Assembly: GCF_009914755.1 (NCBI RefSeq)
Contig: NC_060925.1
Length of the DNA: 64,000 nt
Strand: one strand, 5' to 3'
DNA from: the human T2T-CHM13v2.0 reference genome, Homo sapiens
The position numbers were made by a program, and so were the translations under genes. This document shows, one piece after another, positions 12,406 to 30,180 of the stretch. Position 1 is the first letter of the stretch, and each line of letters opens with the position of its first letter. The notes beneath the pieces are model-generated. The model did no database searches and was not told the DNA's origin. It saw only the letters and a program-made list of their open reading frames with translations.

Positions 12406-14699
12406 CCTGCATTTTCCATAATTTTTTCAACAGCTCCTAAGGGTCTGGGATAATGTATGGATCTTAAAAGGAACAGTTAAAGAGTAAAGAAAGAGAGAAA
12501 CAGAGTGTGAAATTATGTGGTAGGATAAGCAAACTTCTGAGAAATCATCCATGTAATAGTTATAAATTGTTTAGACTGAACTTTCAAACATTAAAATGGC
12601 TAATCAGTAAGTCTGGTTATTAGTATTTGATTTAAAATGTTAAAATTTCCATTTTATTTATATTTTAGGTAAAGATCATTTGGCTTAATTTCTAGTGATA
12701 TTTGTAAATAACAATCAAATGATGCTAAGGATTTCACAGTCTATTCTGTTATTAGGCTTGTGAACTAACTTTAATGATCATTATAAGTGATTGTTAGTAT
12801 GTCACCTTTAGATAATTTCTTATTTTAGATCATCCAAAATGCTATAAGAGTTCAAATTACTTTTTAGTTTATCAGTATTTATATATTAATATAAATATCA
12901 ATTTTTAATAAAATTTTGACATAGAACTTAAATGTATATTTGGTATTACTCTGAGTATACAGGTTAAAAAAATGATCAGTTCTAGATTTTTTGTGTGCTA
13001 AATTCCATGTGGTTAATGCAGTGGAGAGAGTTCAGTCATTTCTTTGGTCTAGATTTCAGATTCAATCCCTTAGTTTTCTTATGTCTTCCTTCCTTGTGTA
13101 GTAACCAATTTGGGTGAAATAAAGTGATTTTTAATGGAATAGACTGTTCAAATGACCCTATTTCCTGAAGAGGGCATTTTCGTGAATATTTATTTAATCT
13201 CTTTTACTTTTCTCAGGTTTTATTTTAAATTATGTTCACCAGTATAACCTCAGGAGTTGAAAAATCTATTTTTTCATGAAAGCATTGAATAATAAACATA
13301 TACCTGTTGTATAAGTTTCTGATAGATTTCTAGAACTTGCTTTTAAAATATTCATCTAATGCCATCTGCCCACAAATAGCAGATGCACTTCCTCTTTTCT
13401 TTAGATTTTTTTTAAATAGAGTAAAAACCAAGGCATACAGAAATGATATAACTGAAAGGTAAAACAGAATAATTTTATTATTTAGAAAATAATCACAAAT
13501 ACAAAATATTGGTAAGTTTGTGATGAAATGGGGAAGTATGCATACCTACTGAATACAAAATTTTATAGCTCTGAAATACATAAACAAAGAGTTTGCATAA
13601 AATGTTTGATGACTGCTCATCTCACAACATTTGGTTTCTTAAATTTTTATACTAACTTGGGCAGAAATAACTCAGTTAAATGTTTTCTTACTCATGCTTT
13701 AATCAGAACCATTAAAATATTTATTTAAATTCTAGTTAGTAAGTGTTTTAAATAGCTGAAAATAAGTGTGAGTAAATTTGGTCTATAATAATTCTTTTCC
13801 CAGATCATTATAATTAGAGTTAATGAAAGGGGAAAAAAATGTATTTTTCAAGAAACATTCTGATTCCTCTAAGTTCTAACAAAGAAGATAGAAAACATGT
13901 AGCCCTAGACTCATCAGTACTAGATTTTTTAAGTTACCATTAGGTACAAATGTCTCCGGCTGAGGCCATCCTGTCTTGTGCCCCTATAAATACTAACAGG
14001 GAAATCCTCTTCCATATATCATAGGTTTGAAGGCATAACTAACTCACCTTCCTCAGAACCAATGTTAAAAATGGTATTTGATAGCAGGGCTTGTGAGATG
14101 ACTGAGAAATCAACCATCACTTTGAACAATTTTAATACTGGAAGCATTCTGGGCTTTAAACAAAATTACAAAAATTTGCACACAGGTTGTGCACAGTTTG
14201 GGGCCTGCTAAGTTATTTAACTTTTCTAGTTCTCCCTGTCTATGCTTTCCATATAGAGGATTACATGAAACGACTAACTCATACTGCCTAACATCATGCC
14301 TGACTCATAGGAAACAGTCCACAAAGCAGGACTTTCCTCTCTTTTGTCTCTCATTGTCCTCCCCACCAACCAGATTCTAAGAATCTTTGAAACGGATGGC
14401 TGCTTGAAGTTGTTTGTCATTATAATAAATAGTACACTTGTCAATTTTAGGTTTTAGAGCCAGCAAATCCAAAGGTGAATCTTCAAAATGTCATGTACTC
14501 TCTGTATGAGTCACAAGTTTGCTATATTTCCTCATTAGCAAAATCCTTAACCCATGGGCTGTTGTGTAAATCAAATTAGGTAATATATATGGATGTACTT
14601 TGTGAGCTACTTAGGGTAACAATTGTCATGAAAGCAAGTAGAAAGCTAATTTTAAACTGAGAGGTAGACAGATCCTAAAGCTCCACTAGAACATGGTGC

Positions 14700-14804
14700 A
14701 AAAAGAAAGAAAAAGAAGGAAGGAAGGAAGGAAGGGAGGGAGGGAGGGAGGGAGGGAGGAAGGAAGGAAGGAAGGAAGGAAGGAAGGAAGGAAGGAAGGA
14801 AAAA
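14700..14804 (+). repeat. Compound purine microsatellite (GGAA)4(GGGA)6(GGAA)11
   Basis: Counted directly over 14718-14801, within an all-purine run. Confidence 0.97.
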
Positions 14805-15214
14805 TTAGCTCCTAAGAAAATGTTTGCCTTCATACACTTCTTTCCTCAGAAAACCAAATGCTGAGTGAAAAGGTAACTACTGCACTACATAAAAATCAAC
14901 ACGGTGCCAGATCCATTTGAATGCAAAACCCAGAATCAAATTATTATTTCTCTTCACCTTGATATAATTTTCTCAGTGCTACGGATAAAAGGCCACAGGT
15001 ATTAAGTCGACTTCTCCTTGACTTTCCCATAAACCTTCAAAAAGAAGCAAATCACAGCAAGGACTGAGCTTATTTTGTTCATAGGTGTAAGGCTTGCCAA
15101 GGAATGGACTTGGCTTTTCATATGAAAAAGTCCTGAGGCTTTTAGTTGACTACAAATTCAATATAAACTTTCTCTGCGAAGCATCTGCAAATAATACTGA
15201 TAATAGCGAAACCA

Positions 15215-15350
15215 ATAATAGTAATAGTCAATATTTATTGAGCATTTACAATATACCAGCCGTTGTTCAAAGAGCTTTATATGTTGTCATTTATTTAACC
15301 CTCATAATAATACTATGAGATAGGCGTTATTTTCTCCATTTTTCAAAGAA
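15215..15350 (-). mobile_element. MIR fragment
   Basis: aatatttattgagcatttac...atttaaccctcataataatactatgagatagg...ccattttt is the antisense MIR core/3' end. Confidence 0.7.
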
Positions 15351-15764
15351 GCTACTGACATTAACAGCTGGCACTGAGTAAAAGCTTATTATGTGCCAAT
15401 TCCTCACCTAGATGTTATATGACCTTTATTTTATCAAATTGTTAGCATAATTTTGTGACCAAAATGCAAAAGGGGAAAAAAAGGGCCCCAGGACAGGACT
15501 GTCATACACTAAAATTCAAACTTTATACATGTTTTTCAATTGGGTGGGACTGTTCAGGGTGCTTCAGGACAATTAGCATCCCTCACTACTAAATGTCAGT
15601 AGTAGCCTTTTCCTAGACCCCATGACAGCTAAAGCTTTTCTGCCGATATCTGTCTTATTTAAAGTACTAGCTTACTCTTTATTCAGAATTAAATTAGAGG
15701 GAGAATGGCAAAATAGTTCTTTTGTTTAGCCAGGAATGGATTTTGAATGTCTGTTTATAATCCA

Positions 15765-16570
15765 TTAATTCAATATGTTTATTGGACGTATTATCTTTGT
15801 AAAGCAGCACAATAGGTGTCACTGGGCCATGAAGATGAGATGCACACAATCCATGTCTTGTTCACAGTGTATTAAAGGGGTAAGACATGAGTAGAAATAA
15901 CCATTTAAACGAAAGCAACATGTACCACAAGACATGTGCAAATTAACATGCTCTTGGAGCTCAGAATAGAGTAGTCATTGCTAGCTGGAGAAAGACCCCA
16001 AAGATTCCATGGAGAAGATAGGGATCAGGACTAAATTTTGAAGGAAGTGTAGTAGACTTTAGACAAGTAAAATCTAAAATGAAGAGAATTCCCATAAAAA
16101 AAAGCAACATGAGTCAAGATGTGGCAAAGTGTATGGTATTTTGACAAACCATGATAGCGCTATTATGGCTGAAATAGCCTGGCTGGGGATGGGGAGTGAG
16201 TGGGGAAGTGAGAGAAATAAAGAAAAAATCAGAATGAAAATCAAGGAGGATTGCAAGGGTCAAGTTATAGTGGCAAAGGGAAGTCACTGAACATTCTGAG
16301 AAGAAAACTATGACAACAGACAAAAACTGTCTGTTGAAAATATTTATCTAGCAGCTATAGTAGAATGAATTGAAGAGGACATAGCTTGGAGACAGAGTGA
16401 AATATGAGGAGAAAATATTGCCTTTGTCCAAAAAAAAAAAAAAAAAAAGTACTAGCAGAAAGAGGAGATGGATTCAGGAGATGTTCCAAGATTGGCTCCA
16501 CTCTGTCCACTGATTTAATGTGCCTGGGTAAGCTTCACTCACATTGGAGTTTTGAGCTTGAATAAATTAA
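15765..16570 (-). mobile_element. L2 fragment
   Basis: Begins ttcaatatgtttattggacg (antisense L2 tail) followed by a purine-rich degenerate L2 body. Confidence 0.6.
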
Positions 16571-16879
16571 TAGTTATTTATTTAAACAAAAATTACGGAA
16601 TACTTATGCCTATTTGTGCAAAGTAATGTGTTAGGCATGGGATATGAGGAATAAATGATTCATAGCCTTGGGTGAATAGAAAGGAGTTAATGACAGGTCC
16701 AGTAAAAGAAAGTCAATAAGAGGAGTAGATTTCATGGGCAAAGATAAATGCAGTTATGGAAACAATGAGTTTGAAAACCTGTCTGAACATTCAGAAAGAT
16801 GTGTCCAATAAACATTGTTTTGAGTGCTGTCTATGCGCTAAGCACTGCATGAGACTCAGGGATACAAATTTTTCAGTGC

Positions 16880-17425
16880 CATTGACTCTATTTGATTCAT
16901 ATCTCTCTGATCTGCCCAATTTTCTTTATGCCCAAACAATTACTCTAATTCAGGCCTCCATCTCCTCTCAACTTCGTGAATGTACCAGCATAACCAGTCC
17001 TTTACCTGCAGTTTTACCGTCTACAATTCTATTCTTTATACTGGATCCTGAGTGGTTTTCTAAAACATAGATCTGATCATATCCCTCCCTTGTGTAACAC
17101 TTTTCGGTGGTCTCCCACAACTTGAAGAATAAAGGTCAGATCATGCAACATTACCTGTAACTCTTAGCCTCTGCTCACCTCTCCAGCATCTTCTCCCGTT
17201 GCAGGCTTTAGCTATACATTCAGATCATCAAATCCGCCATCCTCTCCTTTACTGCCGGGTCTCCTAAGGTGCTGTTCTTTCCATGCGCACGACTGTTGTT
17301 TTCCTCCTCATTTGCCTGACCACTTTTCAACTTTCAGTTAATCTACCTACACCCCCAATTTTTGATCAAATGTCCCTATAGTATGTTTTCATAACACAGT
17401 GTTTATCCAATCATAGCACTTATCA
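16880..17425 (+). mobile_element. L2 fragment, left part (interrupted by L1)
   Basis: Pyrimidine-rich L2 body (ttttctaaaacatagatctgatcatatccctccct). Continues after the L1 at 21560. Confidence 0.7.
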
Positions 17426-21559
<4,134 letters not shown>

Positions 21560-21710
21560 TAGCACTTAATCATATTTTCATTGCCTGTAACTCTTCAGTG
21601 CTTGTCACCCTCTAGACTGTAATTATCAGAAGGACAGGGGTTATTTTTATTTACTTCACAATTGTATTACATAGCAAATACTTCATAAATATTTGTTGAC
21701 TGAATGAAAG
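21560..21710 (+). mobile_element. L2 3' end, right part
   Basis: ctagactgtaa...gaaggacagggg...ataaatatttgttgactgaatgaa is the canonical L2 terminus. Confidence 0.75.
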
Positions 21711-22189
21711 GGGATTACATTATAATACAGTTGAATACTACTTTTTCTACCAATGAACCCTACTAAATATGGGTATTATAATCCTCATCTCAACAAAATC
21801 ACAATTATTTGTTTCCCCAATATATTATGAACTCTATGAAATCAAGGATTGTACTTTATAATTTCTGTATGCCTTGTGTCTTCCAACCTTTCTTTAACAT
21901 GGTAGGAACTCAATAAATTTTTGCAAAGTGAAAAAGTGAATAAAATGCAGTGCATCTCTATCTCTATCTATCTATCTATCTGCATATATATCACTGCATC
22001 TAATTCCCCCTCCCTGCCAGCAACCATGTATTATATTTATAGACAAGGTATTGGATAGTTTTGCAGCATATAAGCAAATACTATTTTCTAAAATTCTAGA
22101 TAGGCTTAATAAATTCACAGTAATTCATATCATAAACATCTCCAAGATCTTCACTCCAATCAATTCATTTTCATGTTATTCTGATAGGC

Positions 22190-22300
22190 TAAAACAATGT
22201 TCCCTGAGACAAGCCATGGACCACTTTTCCAAGAATTGCTTGGGGTGCTGGTTAAACTACTGATTCCTGGGCCCCACCTACACCTCATGAATCAAAATCT
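22190..22300. mobile_element. MER5-like fragment
   Basis: gaattgcttggggtgctggttaaactactgattcctgggccccacctacacctcatgaatcaaaatct. Confidence 0.65.
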
Positions 22301-23124
22301 TATGACAAACAAAATTAGAGAAGGACAGAATACATAAGTAAAAAAAAAAATCTCACTCACACTCACCTAAAAAGATTCATTTCCCATAATGTAACAAAAA
22401 TTCAAACAGTTGTCCTTGACAAAATTATAATCACATCTGTTCTCAGGAATCTCTATTTTAGGATCTAGACATATTTCAATTACCAGTTAAAAAGAAACTA
22501 AAAAAAAGAGAAGCAAGCAAACAAAAAAACCCAAAAACTGCATTCCTTGAGCACTTCCTACATAAATATTATTCTCTCTTTATTCTCTAAGGCAGTCACA
22601 TTTTTGATATTAAGTAACACATTGCCCCCTTGCAGGAGCAAGTGATCCTTTGATGGGACACAAAGCTTGCACTGGGAAGAGGATGTATTTACTGTCTGAG
22701 TATATCCACATATAGAAAGATACAGCTGATGAGGCAAGGACTACCCAGATTAATAGGTCACCAAAAAATGAGAAAACTTAGCTTATTCAGAGTTCTCCTC
22801 AAAAAGATTTTAAAATTTTTATTTTCAGGCCCAGCATTTAAAATATATTTAATGCTCCTTAATGATCAAATTGTCATGTTTTTATTACTGTACATATTTA
22901 CAACAAAATGTAATTATGAAACTGGATGTGAAGTTCATTTATTCATCAATAATAGAAACATCATTATGTGAAAATATATCATTCTGTTTTTTGTTCATTT
23001 GAAGAAGTAAAGAAGAGAACACCTCTCAGTGGATGGAAATTTGTGGATCACAAAGCTTTATATTGCTATTTTATTAACTGTGATCCTGAGAACCTTATTT
23101 TGTCATTCAGGTTTTTTATCTATT

Positions 23125-23400
23125 GTATTAGTGAAGATTTTTTTGACTATAAGCAACAGAAAAGAACCCTAGCTTACTTCAAGAAAAAGAGAATGTATCG
23201 AAAGGATATTAAAGTATCTCACAGATTTCAAAGAAGGGTTTGAAAAAAAAAAAGCAGGCCTCTAAAATGTGAGGGACAGGAACATGTCATGGAATTCAAT
23301 ATTATCTCATGCTTCCATGGATGTATCTAATGAATCAACAACTCAGTCTTTTGATCCTAAGCTCAAGATTTTAAATTATAGAGAAGCAGAAGCAGAGTTT
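23125..23400. mobile_element. Old MaLR (MLT1-like) LTR remnant
   Basis: tgtattagtgaagatttt...aagcaacagaaaa...cttacttcaagaaaaagagaatgtat resembles old MLT1 ends. Confidence 0.45.
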
Positions 23401-23419
23401 ATTGATCTATTCCTCTTCT

Positions 23420-24330
23420 GGCATGATGATATTAAAATTAAGGATTTCTGTTCAACACAAATGATATACCCAAAGTTAAGGAAGAGATAAGAGAATGAAA
23501 TAAGACACTTAGAAAGTCAAAAACTTACAAAATATTTGGAATCAGAACATATCAGGAATCCTTGCAAATTAGCTAGGAAAAAAAAGCATCCCCATTAAAA
23601 AATGGATACAAGTAATGAACAGACAATTGTAGAAGAAAAAATCCAAAAATTCATGAATCGTATGAAGAAATGTGAAAACATTCTAGTAATCAAAGAAATG
23701 CAAATTAAAAGCCACAATTAAAAAAAACACACTCTACACCTATTCAGCAAAAATTAGAAATGTGAACAATGCCAAGTGTTGGTAGTAATATGAGTCTGCA
23801 GGTACCATCAGGTACTATTGTTGAGACTGTGGAATAGAAGAGCTATTTTTGAGAATGACTTAATTCTACCCAGTCAAAATTAATATGTACATAACCTATA
23901 ATTTCTACTTTTGATATAGATCCCAAAGAAGTTTGTACAGAAGTTCTAGGGGAGCATGTACAAGCTTATTACCATCAGTGTTATTTATGGAGGCAAAATT
24001 GTGTGTTAATCAATGAGACAGTAACAGGTAAAATGTTTTGAATGCACACCATGGAGTATAATGTACAGCTAAAAGCAACAACTTAGATATTATTATAGAC
24101 ACATGAATGGATTTAAAGGCATTGCTCAGAGTGAAAAATAGAAGTAAAACAAAATATATTACACAATGCCATTTATGGTCATTGAAAGTACACACTCACA
24201 AAAAATATACATTTTGTAAAGTTACAACAAACCAAAAGGCATATGTTCTGTACATTAGAAAATTTGCCTATGATATGGAAAGGGAAGGGAGAGGAATTGA
24301 GAATTGAGACAAAATGGAATTGTTAAATAA
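23420..24330 (+). mobile_element. Ancient L1ME-type ORF2 3' end / 3'UTR
   Basis: cccattaaaaaatggatacaagtaatgaacagacaa and gtaatcaaagaaatgcaaattaaaa are L1 ORF2 C-terminal motifs. Confidence 0.75.
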
Positions 24331-24869
24331 ATCAAACAAAGGAGGGGTTTCATATGGACTAAATATGATAATGTACCATGAGATAAGTAGTTAGCCATGC
24401 TACTTATCTTATGGTTATATACCTATATATGTTTTATTAACATAAGCCTCATTAAAAATAAGAGTCCATTTAAATGTATTAATTATCTGAACAATATAGA
24501 TTGAGGTACAAGGAAGCTGGATATCAAGATGGATTACAAGTAGTTACTCTCACCTTGTGATCCAGCATCCCTTCCACTATTCCAATACATTGTACAATGT
24601 TCTTTTATAACCACAATGTTCTACAACTCCATGGGGCCTATTTTTCTGGCACAACTGTGCATTTTCCTTCCAGCTTGATGTTCCCTTTCAGTCTTACTGA
24701 CTTTTACATCCATGTCATGACTCATTCAACTTTCAGCCTCAGTTTGTGGCCCTCCGTGACTCAACCAACAGCTTCCTCTGCTATGCATTATTCATACACA
24801 GACTTGAACATTATCTTAGGCCTTATGTCACATTTTTTATAGGCCTCTAATAAATTCTTTACAGTGTGC

Positions 24870-26265
24870 TCTTCTAACTCCTTGCATTCACTAAACCTTC
24901 TACTTTCCACTGCCACGTGGACTCTAAAAGCTCCAACACAGATTATTACAATTAACAATTGACTCCTTAATACCATAGTCATCTAATTCTTTAACATCTA
25001 AAATCTCACTACTTCTTTCTTAGCAGATGGCCTCATTTCAACTTTATTAGGGATATTGAGCTCCCTAACTACCATAGGTCTCAATTCTCCAAATATTGGT
25101 CATGGTCATTATCCCTATCAATTCATACCTTTATCACCTTCGCAAGAACAGAAATCTTTCCTCGTATCCAACTCTTCCATCTCAGTCAGAAAAAAAAAAC
25201 ACTTTTCAATTCCCAAGAAACATTGCTCCCACATGTATCTTCTTTCCTTGAATATGTCCAATTTCTCTCTTTTTACTAGGTCCATTCTCTTCTTTCAAGC
25301 ATACCTAGGTCTTCTCTCATCTTGAAAACAACTTTGCACTGAAATCATCCCTTCCATCCTCAGTCTTTCTCTCCATTATCTAAATACTGACTATATTTCT
25401 TAAATGAGACACTTAGACAAATACCATCTTGCATTGTGACTTAACATTTTTACACTGGGTAATTGTTTAACCCTTCCTGCTCCCCACCTCCTGACGCACA
25501 CACATGGGGATACATACAATTGATTTCTTAGAATGCCAATTTTTGTTACAATATTAGAGACAATTTCATTCACTCTGTGGACATATCCTTCCCAATATCA
25601 AAGACATAGAAATATGAATTATTTACAAATTTTCCCTGGATAATTTCCATGGCTTCCTAATTAAATTTTACATCCCCATTATTCCTCCCTGCTCCAACTT
25701 CCTCTTTTTCTATAACACAAGTATCTTTGTTTCTCTATTGCCTATAAAATAAAGTTTATTTTTTTAGCATGCATATAATTTTTAGCAAAGCATAGTATTT
25801 AATCTTTCAAAAATTTACCCCAACTCTTTTTTCTTTTTTTATTTTTTTTCCAACTCTTCCTTTGTTTCATCTTCTACCAGCATCCTTCTCTTTTCCCATG
25901 TGTTTTCAGTACTAGCCATATCAAACTATTTGCATTTCCTGAGAGCAACCTGCTACCCTTTTGTTTTATTTTTATGCTTTCCATTTTTGTGTATCTACCC
26001 AGAATTTCCAATTTCCTTGTCTCTACCTAGTAAACTCTTAGTCACCCTTTAAGAACCCTCTCACATATTATCTGTCTTGTGATTTTCTCAGGTAATAAGG
26101 TAAATAGTCACTTTCTTTCTGTTCTCATGGCCCTCTGTTAGCACCCTGTACTTCTGCTATCATAACACTCATCACATCTTATGGTAGTTACCTAAAGAAC
26201 ATCTGCCTTTACTACTGGAATGCAAGAGACAACTGTTTTAGTAACCACAGTATCGCCAGCAACTA
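24870..26265 (+). mobile_element. Degenerate L2 fragments
   Basis: Long pyrimidine-biased L2-like body. Resumes after the Alu with atttgttggatgagtagaaaaatgaatgaatgaat (about 26600-26635). Confidence 0.55.
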
Positions 26266-26276
26266 ACTCACTCCCT

Positions 26277-26581
<305 letters not shown>

Positions 26582-26989
26582 TAACAGATAGTCTACAAAG
26601 ATTTGTTGGATGAGTAGAAAAATGAATGAATGAATATATTAATTGTATTTATCTTTGTATGCCTTCCACTTCATCCACTACCCACATAATTGTTTCAGAC
26701 CAATAGTTAGTGCTCAAAAAGTGTCTTTAGTAGATAAGTGGGCAAATGAATAAATGAGCGCTTCCATTTTCCTTCATCTAGACTTTGTCAAATCACACCC
26801 TCTTCTATGGGGGTTTGTTGTTAGCCATTAAAATTGATAAGAGACTGACTTCTCTTAGCTTTATGGGTCCCTGACACTCTCAAAAATCTGTTAAATATTA
26901 TTTGCAATATATTTACAAATATATTTTATGATAGTTTATTTTCATTGTTATTATATCCAGGGCACAGTAATGAATTAATTACAACCTTT

Positions 26990-27370
26990 GGTTAATGAAC
27001 ATTAACATTCTTGGTCATTAATGCCCTTTTTAATTCTATTTGTTTATATTTTTGCTTATTTTACTGAATGGATGTCTATAAACCCATCAAACGACCTAAG
27101 AATAGAATATTATCAATGACTTATGGCAATTTCTGTGTTATTTCTTATTGCGCACCTCTTTCCCTGCTGTGCCAAAGTAACCTACATTGAATTTTGTTTT
27201 TATCATTCCCTTGTTAGTTTTCTTTTCCCTTATCACATATTTGCCTTCGAACTGCATAAAAAGTATGCCATACTGCATATATTCTTCTGGGAATCCCTTT
27301 ATTCCCTGAGCATTATACTAAAAAGAATCAGCCCATTTTTGTTTTTCCTGTAGCTGTAATGTTCTCTTTG
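26990..27370 (-). mobile_element. Ancient L1ME 3' fragment
   Basis: aagaatagaatattatcaat...gtaacctacattgaattttgtttttatcattcccttg resembles the antisense L1ME 3'UTR. Confidence 0.5.
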
Positions 27371-27947
27371 GGAATGGCAAAAGTCTATTGTATTTTAATT
27401 GCACTGTCATTTACAGGAGAGAGATGCCTCCTCTCTGAGGAGTCTGGGTCCTTTCAGACTAGTGATTTTTAAACACTTATACAGTGATACAATTAGTATA
27501 TTTTTAGATTGAGACTTAAAAATGACATATCCAAACTCTAAGCACATTGCCTATTGATTTATTTTTTAATAAGGCATAAAATTTCATGCATATGAGTCTG
27601 CAACTAACTACCCAAATATATCTGGGAATACTCTATGGCTTACTAACAAGAGCCGTCTAATCTCTTCTTGTCTAACTGGTTCATTCAAGAAGATTTTTTT
27701 TAGCCTGCCTACTGTGTGCCTGGCACTGATTATAATGCCAGGTTCTCCTTTTGTTTAGTCATTTTCCAGACTTATATTTTACTAGCCAATCACATAAGGG
27801 CTGAGCTCTGCATATCACGAACCCAGTGTACGATGATTAACAGTATTCTCACCTGCCAATAGGACATGATTTTAGCGTGAGACAAAAGTAAGGAAAGCAG
27901 CAGCCACCTTTGACATCTCTAGTGAGATTGTCTCCAAAAAAGTAGAA

Positions 27948-28180
27948 GGCAGCAGAGTGTTAACAGTGAAGGACACAGACTTTTTTAACTGGCTCTGCCA
28001 CTTTTTGTCTGAGTGTTCTTTGAGCAAGTTATAAAAGCTCTGAGTACCTCAGTTCATTCATCTGTATAATGAGACTAACAACAGCACCTACTTCACAGGA
28101 TTGTTATAAAGATTAAATAATTTAATAAGTTCTTAGAAAATGTCTGTCCCATAATACAAGCCAATGTCAATAATTGATAA
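27948..28180 (+). mobile_element. MIR
   Basis: ggctctgccactt...gagcaagtta...cctcagttcattcatctgtataatgag...cctacttcacaggattgttataaagattaaat. Confidence 0.85.
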
Positions 28181-28819
28181 ATAAATGGTTTTACCGATAT
28201 TTCATATCATATTTTTGCTTCTAACTTTAGCTACATTTTGATACCCTCCAAAAGTTACTAATAATTATCTATTGGCAATCTTTTTGTGAGAACTTTTGCT
28301 TTTGGAAACCATGATATTTTATCCAACATGGAAATTCTGGTATAAGATCCTGTTCTTGGTAATTATGGATTGTAGTTTTATTTTGAATATATGCAAATTT
28401 CAGGTAAGGACATTGTACTGACTGAATTCATTCATGTAATTATGCAATAAATATTTGTTGAGCTCTTTATGCAAGAGCTGTATGTATGCACTGCACAAAG
28501 TTTTTTAAATGTAAAAATAAATCAAACTTGGGACTTGACTTTCAGCTGCTTACTATCTAGCTGTGGAGATGACATATACATACAATAAGGGAAGTAAAGG
28601 TGAATTATTATAGGAGTTTGGTAAAGGGAGATATTTTGCCCAGATAGAGGTGCCAAGAATTTGTGAGAAGGTTGCAATTCAAGTAAACTCTGAAGGACGA
28701 GCAGAACATGCAAAAGAAGAAAGCTATTCCAATGAGAGAACACAGGATTATGCCTTTGGGCAGCAAGTTAGCCAAGTACGACTGCAAGGAAACTAAGACC
28801 AGAGGATAACAACCAGTCA

Positions 28820-29030
28820 TCATTAAGTATGTATTATGCTTCAGGTGCTCTGCTGACTGTTCTAATTACATGATCATATTTAATGCTCACAATAATTCTG
28901 TGAGTAGGGACTAGTATGGCCCCATTTTACAGATGAAAGTACTGAAGGTCAGAGATGTTAAGTTAGATTCATAAGTTCCCACAATGACAAGTATGAGAAT
29001 CAGAGTTATGAATCAGGTCACATGAATAAT
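28820..29030 (-). mobile_element. MIR
   Basis: ccccattttacagatgaaagtactgaaggtcagagatgttaagt is the antisense MIR core. Confidence 0.85.
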
Positions 29031-29239
29031 AAAGGCTCAACTGAAGACAAAAAGATGCCGCTCAGAATTAATTTTAAATTCATCAGGGTTTTTTATTTTT
29101 ATGCAACTGAAGCTATGGAAAGAAAGATTTGAGTTTTAAATAAGCAAATGTTAAAAATCCTTGCTTTACAAAGAGATACCATTTGAATAAGGCCCCAGGC
29201 CCATATGAAAGGAGTGTAGATCTGAGATACTTTCATTAA

Positions 29240-29770
29240 CACTAACTCCTTGCAGACTCTGCGATGACATTGCGGTGCAGTACATTCCTATAAAGGTAGT
29301 GTTCTTACATCAACACCTGTGGGAAAGAGGAAGAAAGTGGGATTGGGTGGAAAAATTGTTCTGCAATAAAATCTCAACAAACTCCTCAGTCCACATCGTG
29401 GGTAGTTCTGCCACCGAGTGACCCCTGAGAGACATCTCCAGCTGACTTGAGGGGGCCCAGCCTCTATACTGGCCTGTTCACCAGTCGCTGGAAGAAATTC
29501 ACTCCTAGAAAGGAGGATGACCTCGGATAAGACGAGACTCTTCTATCCAGGCATTCTTTTTTTTTTTTTTTTTAATAATGCAATTGTTGGGTGAAATGGT
29601 AGTTCTGTTTTAAGTTCTTTGAGAAATTGCCACATTGCTTTCCATAATGGCTGGTGGAAATGTAAATTAGTATCCAGGCATTCTTAAAGGTGGCTGACAA
29701 CTGAGGATACTCTGCTTGGAGCACTCCTGGAAAAAGTTCTTCACTTCTAAACAAGGACCTTCTTCAAGAA
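29240..29770. mobile_element. Old ERVL-class LTR remnant (LTR16/LTR33-like), interrupted by mini-L1
   Basis: atcaacacctgtgggaaagaggaagaaagtgggattgggtgg...cctcagtccacatcgtgggtagttctg resembles this LTR family. Assigned from memory. Confidence 0.5.
29559..29670 (-). mobile_element. 112-bp L1 ORF2-internal retrocopy with poly(A) and 5' inversion
   Basis: Perfect 15-bp TSD tatccaggcattctt (29544-29558, 29671-29685). Poly-T. Antisense L1 ORF2 at 29574-29653. Sense L1 gtggaaatgtaaattag at 29654-29670. Confidence 0.9.
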
Positions 29771-29784
29771 GGCTCATCCCTGCT

Positions 29785-30180
29785 TCCACAGCAAGTGGCA
29801 GATTAATCCCCAAATCTCAAAGACTTAATTTAAGAGAAGTTTATTTCTTCCTCACATAAAGTCCAGTTGGTGTTAGTTGAGAGTTGCTCTGTTTATGCAT
29901 CATTCAGGAGCATAGGGTCCTTCTATCGGTGGCTCCCTTCACCTTTACATCCTTGGCATCCTCTCCATTTATTCAGTAGAAAGGAAAGGGAAAGTAGAGG
30001 ATCACATAGAAGTTTTCACAAGCCAAGCCTGGAAGTGACATTATGACTTTTGCCCACCTTTCAAAGGGCAGAATTCAGTCATATGGCCACACTCACCAGA
30101 AAGGGAAAGTAGGAAATGTAGTCAATACATGTACTCAGGAGAAAAGAGAGATATGTTTTGGAACAAATAGCCAGTCTTTG
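29785..30180. mobile_element. MLT1-type MaLR LTR remnant
   Basis: ccccaaatctcaaagactta...gtttatttcttcctcacat and gcctggaagtgacat...cagtcatatggccacac...ggaaatgtagtc. Confidence 0.7.
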
